DNA of 64,000 nt from Mesotaenium endlicherianum (lineage: Eukaryota), in the NCBI GenBank assembly GCA_009602735.1, contig WELA01002099.1, forward strand, positions 35,904-99,903, given 5' to 3'. Every line of letters begins with the position of its first letter. Position 1 is the stretch's first letter. A program made the translations under genes and the position numbers. Positions 36,144 to 48,545 of this stretch are shown one piece after another. Under the pieces are notes generated by a model. It saw only the letters and a program-made list of their open reading frames with translations. It did not search any database and was not told where the DNA came from.

Positions 36144-39100
36144 GGTGTGAGGGGGGAGCTGGAGCGGGGAGGGTAGAGGATAATGGCAGAGAGGGGGGAA
36201 TGGCTGATGGGGAGGGCGTGGGCAATGGGAAAGTTGGCGGAGAGCGGGGAGGAAGGGATGGTGGCGGGGAGGAGCTGTTGGGCAAGGAGGATGGCGGTGG
36301 GGGCGAGGGGGTGGCAGGCGCAGCCAAGGGGGGCCGGCTGTGGCGCAGGTACCACCGGTGGGGGCCCCCCTGAAGTGGTGTTGCTCGTTGGAGGAGCAGG
36401 AGGCAGTGGTGCGCTCAGCTGCGGCGCTGGCAGTGATGGCGGCGGGCCTGCCGGAGGAGGCACTGTTGCAAGCAGAGCAAAGAGAGCAGAAGGTGTGTCA
36501 ACGAACACCCCCCGCTCCGAGCTTGAGCGGTCTGCTCTCTTCTCTGAGGCTTCAGCACCCACACTCCCGAGCCATGCATCGCGGGCACCTCAGCGGGCTT
36601 ACGGCATACGACTGCAAACGGAAGCCGGGACGCCTTCGCTGAATGCCACATCGTCCAAGGTTACTTCAAAATTTCAATGTGTGCTCCAACGCTCCGCAAT
36701 GCAGACCAATCACATGGAAAACGCGGGCGTCCGCTGGTCGAGGCAAAGGCACGCAACTGCATGGCTTCCGCACAAGTAGCTGCGCCGCCACAGCGACTGC
36801 ATGTACTCAACTCGTAGGGCACCCGAAGAGGCCAAACCCTCCCACCCCTTCCCACCCACTCACTCCCCCGCCCCCCCAAGGGACTGAAATACGCGTACTT
36901 GCAAGACCAAGGGAGCGCACTACTTGGCCAGCGAGGAGACAAGCAGGAGGAGGAGGAGGACTGCAAAGCAAACCGTGCCAAACCGTGCAACGAGTGTCAG
37001 CACACTGCCACACCTTCCTGAACAAGTACTCAATGGCACTCCTAAGATTTTATGCCTTGAGAAAGGAACCCAGGCATTAAAACGGCCGCCTTCTTAAGCT
37101 TTCCCGAACAAACAATCGCAATATCACACATGCATAGGCAGGCGGCTAGCTCCTTGCGTGCACGTGCTTGTGAGGCAGGCCCTCCCAACATGCTTAAAAT
37201 ACAAACAAGCCCTCACACGACACACGCGTAGGCAACTCGAAAGGGAGGAAGATAGAGGCAGGTGGGGTGTACCCGGGGGAGGGCGCGGGGAGGGTGCTGC
37301 TTGCTGCCCTCCTAGAGGCGGCGGAAGTGGCGCCGAGGGGGGGCCAACACCAGGAGGAGGAGGGGTTGGTGGAGCACGAGGCAGCTGTGGTGGCAGCTCT
37401 GGTGGCAACGCAACAGAGGGAGGGGGACTAGGGGGAGGGGCAATTGGTGGCACAAACTCCTGTGGTGGCGGAGCAGAGGGAGGGTGACTCCCAGGGGCAG
37501 TTGGTGGTGCAAGCTCCTGTGGCGGCGGGGCCGAGGGAGGCGGGTGACTGCCAGGGGAAGGTTGACCATCAGGGGCAGTTGGTGACGCAAGCTCCTGTGG
37601 TGGTGGCGCAGAGTGACGCCGAGATGTAGGAGGGGGCGACTCTAGAGGAAGCGACTGGGAAAGCAAGGGAGGGGGAGGAGGGGAAGCAGGAGAGGCTTGC
37701 AGCTGAGAGCTGGGGGCAGGGGTAAGCGTAGGGGCGCTGAAGAGCGGAGCCAGGCTGCTAGGTAGCGTAGGAGGGGGAGGAGAAGGGAGAGGGGGATGTG
37801 ACTCGGGGGGGACGTTTGGGCAAGACTCGAGCAGAGTCGGGTCGTCCACAATGGAGGAGGTGACATTGCCGCCGACGCTAGCTCGCAAGCTCCGGCTGAG
37901 CATGACAAGACTGGACTGCCTGCCCACCCACACGTCCTGCGCTGCGGACGCCTGCAAGAGCCAAGAGCCCGTGGAAAACGGAGAAACGAGAAGGAGAAGA
38001 GCAGCGGGACACCCGCGAGGAAGTCAGGAGCGGCCTCAGGCTTTCCGCCGTGCACGCCCTCGGCCCCTCGCCCCCCTCAAAAACGCCAGTCCACTCTCGA
38101 GAGGTTTGAAAACTCGAAGCCAAAAATCAAGCGCTACGCATCTCAGGCAGCCACGGCAGGATCAGCAGCCGCCGCCGTCGCCACCGCCGCCGCAGCAGCA
38201 CAAGCAGCATGATCTGAGAGTACCATGTGCTGCATGGGCGTTGCAACAAGAGAAGCCAGAGCCAGCTGGCAGTCCCAGGCATGCTTCTCAGGCTCGCCTG
38301 CTTGCCAATACTCTTCTTTTAAATAAAAGGTGAAATTGGAGTTGTGAGCTAGACTTGAGGTTGTACCGGCACGCCGCCCGGGCTCGTGGCGGGGTCCGCT
38401 CCGTTGTTGGCGAAGGTGACCTGGCACAGGTAGACCTGCGAGTGTCCTGTGGACTGGAGAGCGCCGCCTGCCGCCTGCGCACGCCGCCATGCATGGAAAG
38501 TACAACAGGTGAGAGCCAGCAGCCACCTCACCAAAGCTTATAGAGGCTAACCTCTTGGTACCCCTGCAGGCAGCACCCGCCTCAAGCATGCACGGCACCG
38601 AGACTTGAGGACGAATGCTGGGGGGGGAGGTTCTTCCAAGAGAGCCTCTGAGCAGCACACAGCAGCAGCAGCACACTGGCTGGCTGGCAAGCTCTTGCTG
38701 CTATTGTCAGAGCTGCAACCTGTCCCAACACGGAGCTTTCCAAGACACAGACACGGTGCTCCCCGAGCTCCAGCTGGCACGCCTGCTGACCCTAGGACTG
38801 GCCTGAAGTGTAAGGTCATAGGCCTATAAAGTGCATTTTGAGTTTCATGAAAGTATGTTTTGATTGTATAGTAAAGTAGAGTGCATTTTTGTGGTCATTT
38901 TGATATAAAGTTCATCGAATTTGGTCAAGTATTGAGAGAGTTGCGTATTTCTGAAGTTCAATCGATTTTGAGGTCGGTTGACGACTGTCCTTAATTCGCG
39001 GTGAGCGCGACCGTCGGATTGACCGACAGCGTCGAGCGATCTGGGCCGTTAGAGTGAATTCGAACCTTCACGTAAGTTCGGCTGACGCGGAGTGCCGACT

Positions 39101-42100
39101 AGGTCGATTTACCTAGAAGTTTCGGTTTAGCCTAGCGCGTCTAAGTTAGTATGTTCTAGATATTTCGATGCATGTATGTGGACGTCAAATCGACCCAACA
39201 CGTCAGAATGACTGATCTGGCTTACTCACAAATATTCTGGAAGGGACGATTTGACAAACACCTAGCAAAATCCGTTGCTAAGCGGCCCTCCCGCCTAGGG
39301 GCGAGCGGCCGTCGTAGAAAATTATAAATAGGCATAACTTCTTTGTTTCTTATCAGTTTTCACTTATGTAAATTTCTACGGGTTTGTAATGACAAGGCCT
39401 TTCATCCTACACCATTTGTGAGCAGTTTCTTGCTACTCAAAATGTTGAGTAATTTTCCTAAGCTTTCTTAGTGATATGCCTCTGCACTCTTTAGTATAAT
39501 TGCAACTAGTTCTTTCCTCGTGAGTCACTACGCTTCCACTAGGGCACTCTGCCCCTTTCATCTGGTATCGGAGCAGGGCTAGTTTGCATATTATATTATG
39601 GAGTCGCAGCCGCCAGCTGGAGGAGGCGAACATGTCGAGCATGTTGAGCGCGCGGGGCAGCAGGCAGCACCAACAATGACCAGAGAGCAACAAGAGATGC
39701 AGGCGATGCTAAGGCAAATGGCGAATGCAATTGGAGGAGAAGTCTGCACCCAGTTTCAACAAAATATGCGCGCCGAGGTGGAGAGAATGGTGCGAGTTGT
39801 TATGGGGAACACCGCTTCGACGAGTTGGGCACCTACACCTGTTGTGCCACCAATTCATGTTAACCCAGTGGTGCAACCAGTTATTCCACCCGCATCGGGA
39901 GTGCGTGCGCCTGAGCCTGAAGTGTATACTGGAGAGCGTGGATTGCCGCCTGTTCATCAATGGAATTTTGGAGTGAAGAAGTTTATGGAGTATTCTGCGC
40001 TCACGCCCGACAGGCAAGTCGCCTTTGTCATGACTTTGCTGCGGAAGAGTGCTGGAGCTTGGTATGAACAAGAGGAGCAGCTGTCTGGAGTTCCTGCTAC
40101 TGTTGATCAGCTCTTTGAAGGCTTGAAGAGGCAATTTCAACCTATTGCACCCGAGGCTACTGCTCGAGATCTATTGGTGCGCCTTCGTCAACGAGGAAGC
40201 GTTCAAGAGTATGTATCGCGTTTCAACGAGCTGGTGCTTCAATGCCCATCCATGCACGAGTCGGAGGTGATGGACAAGTTCAAGAGGGGACTCAAGCCAA
40301 CTGTGGCCAAGGAAGTGGCGCTCAAGGACCCTACCAGTCTTGGAGAAATGATGGCATTGGCAACGAGGGTCGACGCTGTGGAGTATAGTCANGTACAGTC
40401 AGAGGCAATGGGGCAGCCACAACTTTGGAGGATATCGACATTTTGGACCTCAAGCGCCAAGCACGAGTGGACAAGGTCCAGTACCTATGGAGTTGGGACT
40501 TGTGCAGTACCAGCGCAGGCAGCAGAATTTCAAGCCAAGAGGACCCTGCTATAATTGCGGCAAGCTTGGACATCTGGCTCGAGACTGTTATATGAAGGCG
40601 AAGCAACCTCAACAGCAGGAAAAAGGAGGACGCCGGTAAGTCGTTTTGGGGTGTCTACTGGCGTGAAGACGAGAACTCACAAGGAGGTTATCCCCAGGAG
40701 CCTGCCGAGAAGCAAAGGACGAGACGTTGACAAGCCTATCATCATGGAAGGAGTGGTCGACGGCAACAAGGCGAAGTGCATGGTCGACAGTGGCGCAAGT
40801 GCAAATTTTGTGCACAAGGAGCTGGTGAAAGAGTGGCAAATCCCTGTGCAAAAGCATTATGAGCCTAAGGAGGCAATTTTGGCGAATGGGCAGAGACTTA
40901 AGTGTGGTGCACCTACGGAAGCTATTTACGTGGAAGTAGCGGGGCACCAGAGTCGGGAAGTTATGGAGCAGGCAGAGTTAGGTCACCATGAGGTGATATT
41001 GGGCCGACCATGGCTGAAAGAAGCCAACCCTCAAGTGCAGTGGAGCACAGGACAAGTGAAAGTCCAAGGGCGTGATGGTCGAATGGAGACAGCGAAACAG
41101 GTGGAGGTAGATACGACCACAAGTAACTGTCTTCTGTCGAGCCTGCAAGTTAAGAAGCTATGCAGGGCGAATCAGGTGAAGGAGATGTACCTTGTTTCGG
41201 TGGCCCTGGCCAGGTCATCAGATGGAGCAAGCGTGAATCCTAACAGCCTGGGCAAATGTACATCGCCGGAGGAGCAAGTAGTGGTGTCTGATCCCCTTGC
41301 TCAGAAGAAGCAGAGCCCAACTGCTCAAGATAAGAAGCCTGCTGAGATGCCTGTCCAAATTAAGGCGTTGTTGGAGGAGTTTAAGTGCGTATTTCCTGAG
41401 GAGCTATGAAATGAATCGACTTACCAAATAGGCGATTAACAATTAATAAAGATCTTTATATCAGCAAGTAATCTTTATGAATTTTTCGTTAACTGGTTAA
41501 ACGGCAAAGGACAACACACTAGCAGTGAGCAATACTCGTAAATCAAATGCAAGTAAACTAGCATCAATAATGCATTCAGTAAACTCATACATAAGCAAGG
41601 TTAGAAGACAATGCGTATCAATGGCTTCTTGCCTTGGATTCAGTTCTTTCTCAGTAAGCTGTACAAAAGAGTTGGCCTCGTTTTCGAATGCCGAACTCGA
41701 GAGCTATGCCTAGCATATGTACATGGAATGAGTTTACTGTTCAACGGCCAGTGCGATGGCACCGCCTACCCGGGAGTTAACCACGTTGGTAGGACCTCGG
41801 TTAACCAAATCCACCGCCATCTCCCATCATCCCGAATAGCCATCCATCATAGGGATGTCATCTGGCCATTCATCTAGCATATCGTACTTAGATGCATATC
41901 GAGGCAGTTCGCTGCTACCGAGTACGGAAGTCAGCTGGCTGTCAAAGAATGTGTCAGCAAGCTGACTTAAGTGGACTTCAGCCTGCTGCTTCCGGCTGAG
42001 TCATTAAACTGATATTAAATATTAAGTCCAGCAGACTGATTATCAACTAGAGTTCAGTAGGCTGAACTTAAATAACTGTTATATTTAAATGAATATTATA

Positions 42101-45100
42101 TTTACTAATATACTGATTCATTACAAGCTACCTGCAGGATTATCTCCACAGAGAGCTATGGAGCACAAGATCGAGTTGGAACCAGGGAGCAAGCCACTAG
42201 TGAGACCCGCCTACCGTCAATCATTTGCGAAGTTGGACGAGTTGAAGAAGCAGCTGACAGAGTTGTTGGAGAAGGGATTCATCCAACCCAGCGAGTCTCC
42301 ATTTGCAGCGCCAGTCTTATTTGTGAAGAAGAAGGATGGGACTATGAGGATGTGTGTCGACTACCGGGCTCTCAACAAGGTCACCATCAAGAACAGGTAC
42401 CCACTTCCACGAGTGGACGAGTTAATTGACAGGCTTGTCGGGGCAAAATATTTCTCGAAGATCGTTTTGAGGAGTGGCTCTCACCAGGTACGGATTGCGG
42501 AAGGAGATGTTCAAAAGACTGCTTTCAGAACTCGCTATGGTTTGTTCGAGTTCACAGTCATGCCTTTTGGATTGACTAATGCACCTGCTACATTAATGGG
42601 ACTCATGAATAGTATCTTCAGACCCTACTTGGACCATTTTGTGGTGGTATTTTTGGACGACATCCTGATCTATTCGAAGACCTTGGAAGAGCATGTGGAG
42701 CATCTGAGGAAGGTGTTGGAGGTCTTGAGAGATCAAAAGCTGTATGGGAAGATGAGCAAGTGCGACTTCTGTCTCAAGGAAGTCAAGTTTCTTGGACTCA
42801 TAGTGGGGGCTGAAGGAGTCAAGGTGGAGCAGAAGAAGGTGCAAGCAGTCAGAGATTGGCCGGTACCTGCTGATATTCATCAACTCAGGAGTTTCCTCGG
42901 CATGGCGAATTATTATTGACGTTTCATTGAAGGATTTGCCAAGGTGTGTGCACCGCTGACGGACATGGTGAAGAAGCAGGAGAAGTGGCTATGGGATGAC
43001 AAGGAGCAGCAAGCTTTTGAGAAGATTAAGGAGATGTTGACACAGGCACCTGTCTTCGCAATTGCCAGTCCAGAACTTCCTTTCACCATCATCACGGACG
43101 CATCAAACTTTGCAGTGGGAGCCATTCTTCTCCAGGACCAGGGCAAGGGATTGCAGCCTGTGGCATACAAGAGCAGGAAGTTGAGTCCTGCTGAGCAGAA
43201 TTATGCAGCACACGAGCGGGAGATGTTGGCTATTATCCAGGCTTTGAGGATTTGGCGATGTTATGTGGACGGACGGAAGGTGTTCATCAAGACCGACCAC
43301 AAGAGCTTGGAGAAGTTTATGGCGCAGCCAACGTTGACACCAAGACAGGCAAGGTGGATGGAGTTTCTGCAACAGTTCGACCACAAGATTGAGTACTTAC
43401 CCGGGAAGATCAACCCTGTAGACGCTTTATCCAGGAGGTGTGACCTTGCAGCTGTCTCAGTCATCAAGGAGAATATGGACTTCAAGGAGAAGCTTCAAAG
43501 GGGTTATGAGGAGGACCTAGAGTTTGCTGATGGTGGAGCAGCTGAGTTCAACGCGAGTATGCAGAAGAAGGACGGCATATGGTATTATGGTGATTCCAAG
43601 AGAGTGGTGGTACCTGACATCAAGGAGCTACGAGACTTACTACTTGCGGAGCATCATGATTGCTTATATGCTGGACACTTTGGAAGCGAGAAGACGGCAA
43701 GCGTGCTGAAGCGGGAATACTACTGGAGAAATATGGACAAGGACATCGAGGAGTGGATCAGGAGTTGCGATGCGTGCCAGAGAAACAAGACACCAAATCA
43801 AAAGAAGGGAGGTACATTGCGGCCCCTGCCTATTCCAGAGTATCCTTGGGAACAGATTGCTATGGACTTCATCACATCGTTACCAGTGAGTGGTCAAGGG
43901 CACGAAGCAGTATGGGTTGTGTCTGATAGAGTCAGCAAGATGGCTCACTTCATTCCCATGAAGGAGACTTCTACGGCAGCGGATGTGGCACGGCTATTCT
44001 TTGATCGTATTTTCAAGCTACATGGGTTGCCGAAGGTGATTGTTTCAGATCGGGATCCAAGGTTTGCTAGCAACTTTTGGCGGTCATTGTTTACTTTGAT
44101 GGGGACCAAGCTGAGTATGAGCACTTCCTATCACCCTCAGACAGATGGGCAGAGTGAGAGGCTCAACAGAACTCTGCAAGAGGTGCTCAGGAGTTTCACT
44201 ATGGAGGACCCTTCAGAGTGGGACAAGAAGCTGCCAGGATTAGAGTTTGCCTACAACAACAGCATGCAGGGATCGACCAAGCAGTCACCATTCGCTATGG
44301 TTTACGGGAGAGAAGTGTCTCATCCAGGGAACATCTTGTTGGAGAAGGCCAGGGAGACTCAGGTTCCTACTACACAAGCTTTTATGGAGCAGATGGCCAA
44401 GACTTGGGATATGGCGAAGACGTGTATGCGGAAGGCACAGGAAGAGCAGGTCAAGCATGCTAACAAGCACAGGAGGGAAGTGACATTCTATGTGGGCGAC
44501 AAAGCACTCTTGTCAACAGACAACCTACCTTTCACAGGCAAGAGGAAACTGCGGGCACGGTTCACAGGTCCCTTTGTAGTGCTCAAGCAGGTGAATCCAG
44601 TGGCCTACAAGTTGGAACTTCCTTCAGGCTCGCGTATCCATGATGTGTTCCATGTCAGTTGTCTGCGGTCATACGTTGACCCGAATGAAGGACATCCAGG
44701 ACGACTACCTACACCGCCACCACCGGTCGAGATCGATGATGTACTGGAGTATGAAGTGGAGGCAATTGTCGGCGATCGACGAGTCAAGCGAGGTCAACGA
44801 TTTGTCCAAGAGTATCTGGTCAAGTGGAAGGGCTACCATGCGAACGACAACAATTGGGAGCCAGAGGCCAACTTGACTCATTGTAAGAGTAAGTTGGGAC
44901 GTTATCTGCAGAATGCGTCGAGGACGTCGCATCTTGAGGAGGGGGATGATGTAAGGTCATAGGTTTGTAAAGTGCATTTTTGAGTTTCATGAAAGTATGT
45001 TTTGATTGAATAGTAGTGTAGAGTGCATTTTTGTGGTCATTTTGATATAAAGTTCATCGAATTTGGTCAAGTATTGAGAGAGTTGCGTATTTCTGAAGTT

Positions 45101-48100
45101 CAATCGATTTTGAGGTCGGTTGACGACTGTCCTTAATTCGCGGTGAGCGCGACCGTCGGATTGACCGACAGCGTCGAGCGATCTGGCCCGTTAGAATGAA
45201 CTCGAACCTTCACGTAAGTTCGGCTGACGCGGAGTGCCGACTAGGTCGATTTACCTAGAAGTTTCGGATTAGCCTAGCGCGTCTAAGTTAGTATGTTCTA
45301 GATATTTCGATGCATGTATGTGGACGTCAAATCGACCCAACACGTCAGAATGACTGATCTGGCTTACTCACAAATATTCTGGAAGGGACGATTTGACAAA
45401 CACCTAGCAAAATCCGTTGCTAAGCGGCCCTCCCGCCTAGGGGCGAGCGGCCGTCGTAGAAAACTATAAGTAGGCATAACTTTTTTGTTTCTTATCGGTT
45501 TTCAATTCTGTAAATTTCTACGGGTTTGTAATGACAAGGCCTTTCATCCTCCACCATTTGTGAGCAGTTTCTTGCTACTCAAAATGTTGAGTAATTTTCC
45601 TAAGCTTTCTTTGTGATATGCCGCTGCACTCTTTAGTATGATTGCAACTAGTTCTTTTCCTCGTGAGTCACTACGCTTCCACTAGGGCACTCTGCCCCTT
45701 TCATGAAGGGTGTTCCCAGGGGCCAGAACCAAGACACGCACTTCCAAGGCAAAGAAGAGTCCCTCCCGCCCTGCAACCCTCCCTCCACCTCCACCCCAAA
45801 CCAAAGGGAGGGGCCAGAGGCCCATGACTCCCACCCGCACGCACCATGCCCGTGGATAGGACACAGGTGGCAGCAGCACGTACCGCAAAGTTGTCGCGGA
45901 CGGTGCTGAAGAGGATGCTGACGCGCAACCCGATGTTGGCACTCAGGGCGGCTACCCGCGCGTCGATGACCACCTAATCAGCACAACATTTTGACATATG
46001 GCATGCTCTGGTTCACGCATGTTCACCTAAAATACTCGACGTAATGCTGCAGCTACTCACTCAGGGCTCACTGCAGCCGACGAAACGACAACATTGCCTA
46101 CAGGCATCACAGCTCCCTTGCCTCGAGCTTGAGTGTCATAATGCTACCCGGTGCCTTGCATAGAGAAGACCACGTAACCACATAGTGTTCATAACAATAG
46201 AAACTTACAAAATCAACACTGTCCAAGGGCATCTCTGCCCCGGTCAAGAGTCGATATAAATTCGCAAGCTCTCGTCTCCAATCTACAGGACTGCAGAAGG
46301 AGCGCCACTTGGCAGCAAGGGATGCATAGTCATCCTTTCTTTAACTCTTCGTGTCCCACGTTTTTCATGTGTGCCTTGCACGCAGAGCCAGTTTGGGAGC
46401 ACAGAGGCCACGAGCTGCAAGCAAGGTGGCAGGTACGGCTCCTGCGCACAGCAGATCGGAGATAAGGCCGTATGACTCACCTGCTTGTCCTGATCAACGA
46501 GACGGAACCCCCTCATGACAAAACCTGTGCACAACACTTGGGGCCCGTTGCCGGCCCTGGTCTTCCCCTTTCTGACAACGTAGATGCCAGGCTGCGATAG
46601 GAACAATTTGCAACACAGGGCCATCAGTACGCAGCAGAAACGTGGAAGGATATAAGAGTGACTTGCGGCACGCTCTGCAATACAGAGCGCACGCGCATCG
46701 TCTCATGCGCACTTGCTTCACATGCAGGGACAAGAACACCTTAAAATACGGGACCAGAATTGCGTTGACTTTAGCGCGCACACCCACACGTACACGCACG
46801 CGCACACGCACTGACGCAGACACTGCCGACACATCCACAGACACGACTTTGCGCATGCTCGCACGTACACCACACACACCACACACCTACACAAACACGT
46901 ATACGTACACGTGCGCTTGAGCACTTGCGGCCACACACACAAACGTGCATGCACCCCACAAGCTTGTGCATGAATACGCGCACACGCGCGCGCGCGCGCA
47001 CACACACACACACACACTCACACACATGCATCTACACTCGTCCTCAGCCATGGGCTGACGACTGGAAGACCGCACATGCACACGCACGTGCACACACAGG
47101 CCCACACACCTACACACATTCGCATGCATGTAGACAACGTGCTGCGTGCAAATCGCTAAGGAGGAACGCGCATGTGAAATAAAGCTATCGCTTTAACGTC
47201 AGGGTCATCTACGTCACAGCTGTCTACTTCTTCAAGAGCTGAGAGAAACCATACAACACAATAACAATCTAGGAGCACACTGATTACCATGTGAAGCTCA
47301 GATTTGAAAAGTGCACACGAGAAGGAGTGTCAGGTGTCAGGGGACGCACCAGCATGCGCTCAATGCTGAAGCCGTCAAAGGTGAGGCCTTGGAAGGAGAC
47401 CTTTAGCTTGGAGGTGTCAAATTCTCTGACTCCATATGTCGTGAGTGGAGGAGAGGCACCGGTGAAACCGATGGTGACGCCAGCGCCGGAGACCTGGAGC
47501 CTCAGGCTCTTCTTGATCTTGATTGTTGACAACACGTTGAACGAGGCGCACACGACAATGACGTCGTTGGTGGCTGCGGCGGCGATGGCCCTCTTGAGCG
47601 TCGATGCGCTCACAATTGCCCAGAAAGGCAAGAGGAGATTCTTGAGCATTCTTTGAGACGGGCGGGGATGGATTGACACCATTGAACATCTGCTGGGGGG
47701 CCTTTTGCATGGCACGGAGCTACGCTCCAGCGCTATTACTGCTAACATCTACGTCAAAGTTGCAGGTCTACGTCGCATTTTCAGCTCACCTGCTCCAAAT
47801 GCACTCGTAGATACAGATGGTCGGAGGATGCGAACGACGCGGATCATGCACACACCACCCTCCTACCATAGGGCAACGCCACACGATGCGTACGGGTGCA
47901 AGACAGCAGCTGATTACTAACTTCAGCTCCGGTAGCTCATGCTGGGAGTACCTCCTGCTGAGCAACGAGGCGTGACAGACATGCCCTGTTGTGAACAAGG
48001 GCAAATTGTCGCAAGAGAGTGACCTCCACACGCACGGCTCACCAACAGGAGCATTCCAACTGGCATGCCAGGTGGCGAGTCAGAGTGGTGGCCACGAAGA

Positions 48101-48545
48101 GATTGCTACTATTGATAATGCATCGCTTGCCCGGAGCCAGGTATACGCTCTGACAGTAGCACGCGGCCTCCCCGTAGACCACCTCGCAAGCCGAGTGGGC
48201 GCCGCACGCCACCCCCGTGCAGGAGCCTGAAGATTGAGAGAGCCACAGGCGTTACACAAACATACACAAGAATATACATATATATACGTATATATGCACA
48301 TATATACATGTATGTATATATGTATGTATATGAATCTGGTTTGTACTTCATTCCTAAAGTAGAGCAGACGAGCTTGCAATCCAGCAAGGCCGTATTAGGT
48401 CCTACGTTACATCATAAATGCAGGCCATGGGGGGGAAGCACGGGGACCGGCGAGCATACCTCCCGCGGCGGTGCTCTGGAGCTGCCGGGAGCGGGGCCTG
48501 GCCACGGGCGTACGAGCGGCCGGCATCGTCTTAGCACCCGCTCTT
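36144..48545 (-). CDS. Mosaic probably extracellular protein: EGF-like module, beta-helix/pectin-lyase-like region and long Pro-rich (extensin-like) tail; ends uncertain and possibly degenerate
   Basis: The exon from 48226 encodes [34 protein letters not shown] (six Cys, EGF spacing). An exon at ~47290-47740 encodes [17 protein letters not shown]...[10 protein letters not shown]...[11 protein letters not shown]. Phase-0 exons follow at 46591-46481, 45973-45884, 38435-38367 and from 37951 (SPPPP and three SAPPPQE repeats). Two upstream junctions could not be phased cleanly. Confidence 0.55.
39598..40639 (+). CDS. gag: Family A gag (retrotransposon capsid plus CCHC zinc knuckle)
   Basis: PEVYTGER...[10 protein letters not shown]...[17 protein letters not shown]...DKFKRGLK, then [14 protein letters not shown] in another frame downstream of the N at 40392. 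Stop at 40637-40639. Confidence 0.88.
40618..44962 (+). pseudogene. pol: Family A pol (PR-RT-RNase H-INT-chromodomain), interrupted by a solo LTR and a nonsense codon at 42917-42919
   Basis: Protease [47 protein letters not shown]; RNase [14 protein letters not shown]; integrase [36 protein letters not shown]; chromodomain EYEVEAIV...YLVKWKGY...WEPEANL. Confidence 0.95.
41407..42125 (-). mobile_element. Solo LTR of family B inserted into family A pol, TSD AGCTA
   Basis: It is the reverse complement of 51170-51890. AGCTA lies at 41402-41406 and 42126-42130. Removing it restores the pol frame (FPEEL|PAGLSP). Confidence 0.96.

Larger units (their letters stand above)
38809..45703 (+). mobile_element. 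Full-length Ty3/Gypsy chromovirus LTR retrotransposon (family A): LTRs 38809-39560 and 44950-45703, TSD TGAAG, inserted antisense in an intron of the Pro-rich gene
   Basis: TG...CA LTRs differ at about 20 positions by eye. TGAAG lies at 38804-38808 and 45704-45708. The tRNA-iMet-type PBS TGGTATCGGAGC is at 39563-39574 and the PPT at 44936-44949. Domain order is gag-PR-RT-RH-INT-chromodomain. Confidence 0.97.

Noticed and set aside
40385..40400. Apparent frameshift within family A gag
   Set aside because: It coincides with an N at 40392, so it may be a sequencing or scaffolding artefact rather than a mutation or recoding site.
41755..41810. Known self-cleaving ribozyme (hammerhead, HDV-like, twister) in the LTR core
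   Set aside because: I could not find CUGAUGA/GAAA cores, an HDV P3-L3 arrangement or twister conserved loops on either strand by eye. The core is kept only as an unclassified element.
42650..42661. FLDD instead of YxDD in both reverse transcriptases
   Set aside because: F-x-DD variants are common in plant and algal Ty3/Gypsy elements, so this is not unusual.
46640..47180. ORFs rich in CVCV/HTHT (also at 1157-1466, 17406-17822 and 18066-18613)
   Set aside because: These are translations of intronic (TG)n/(CA)n microsatellites.
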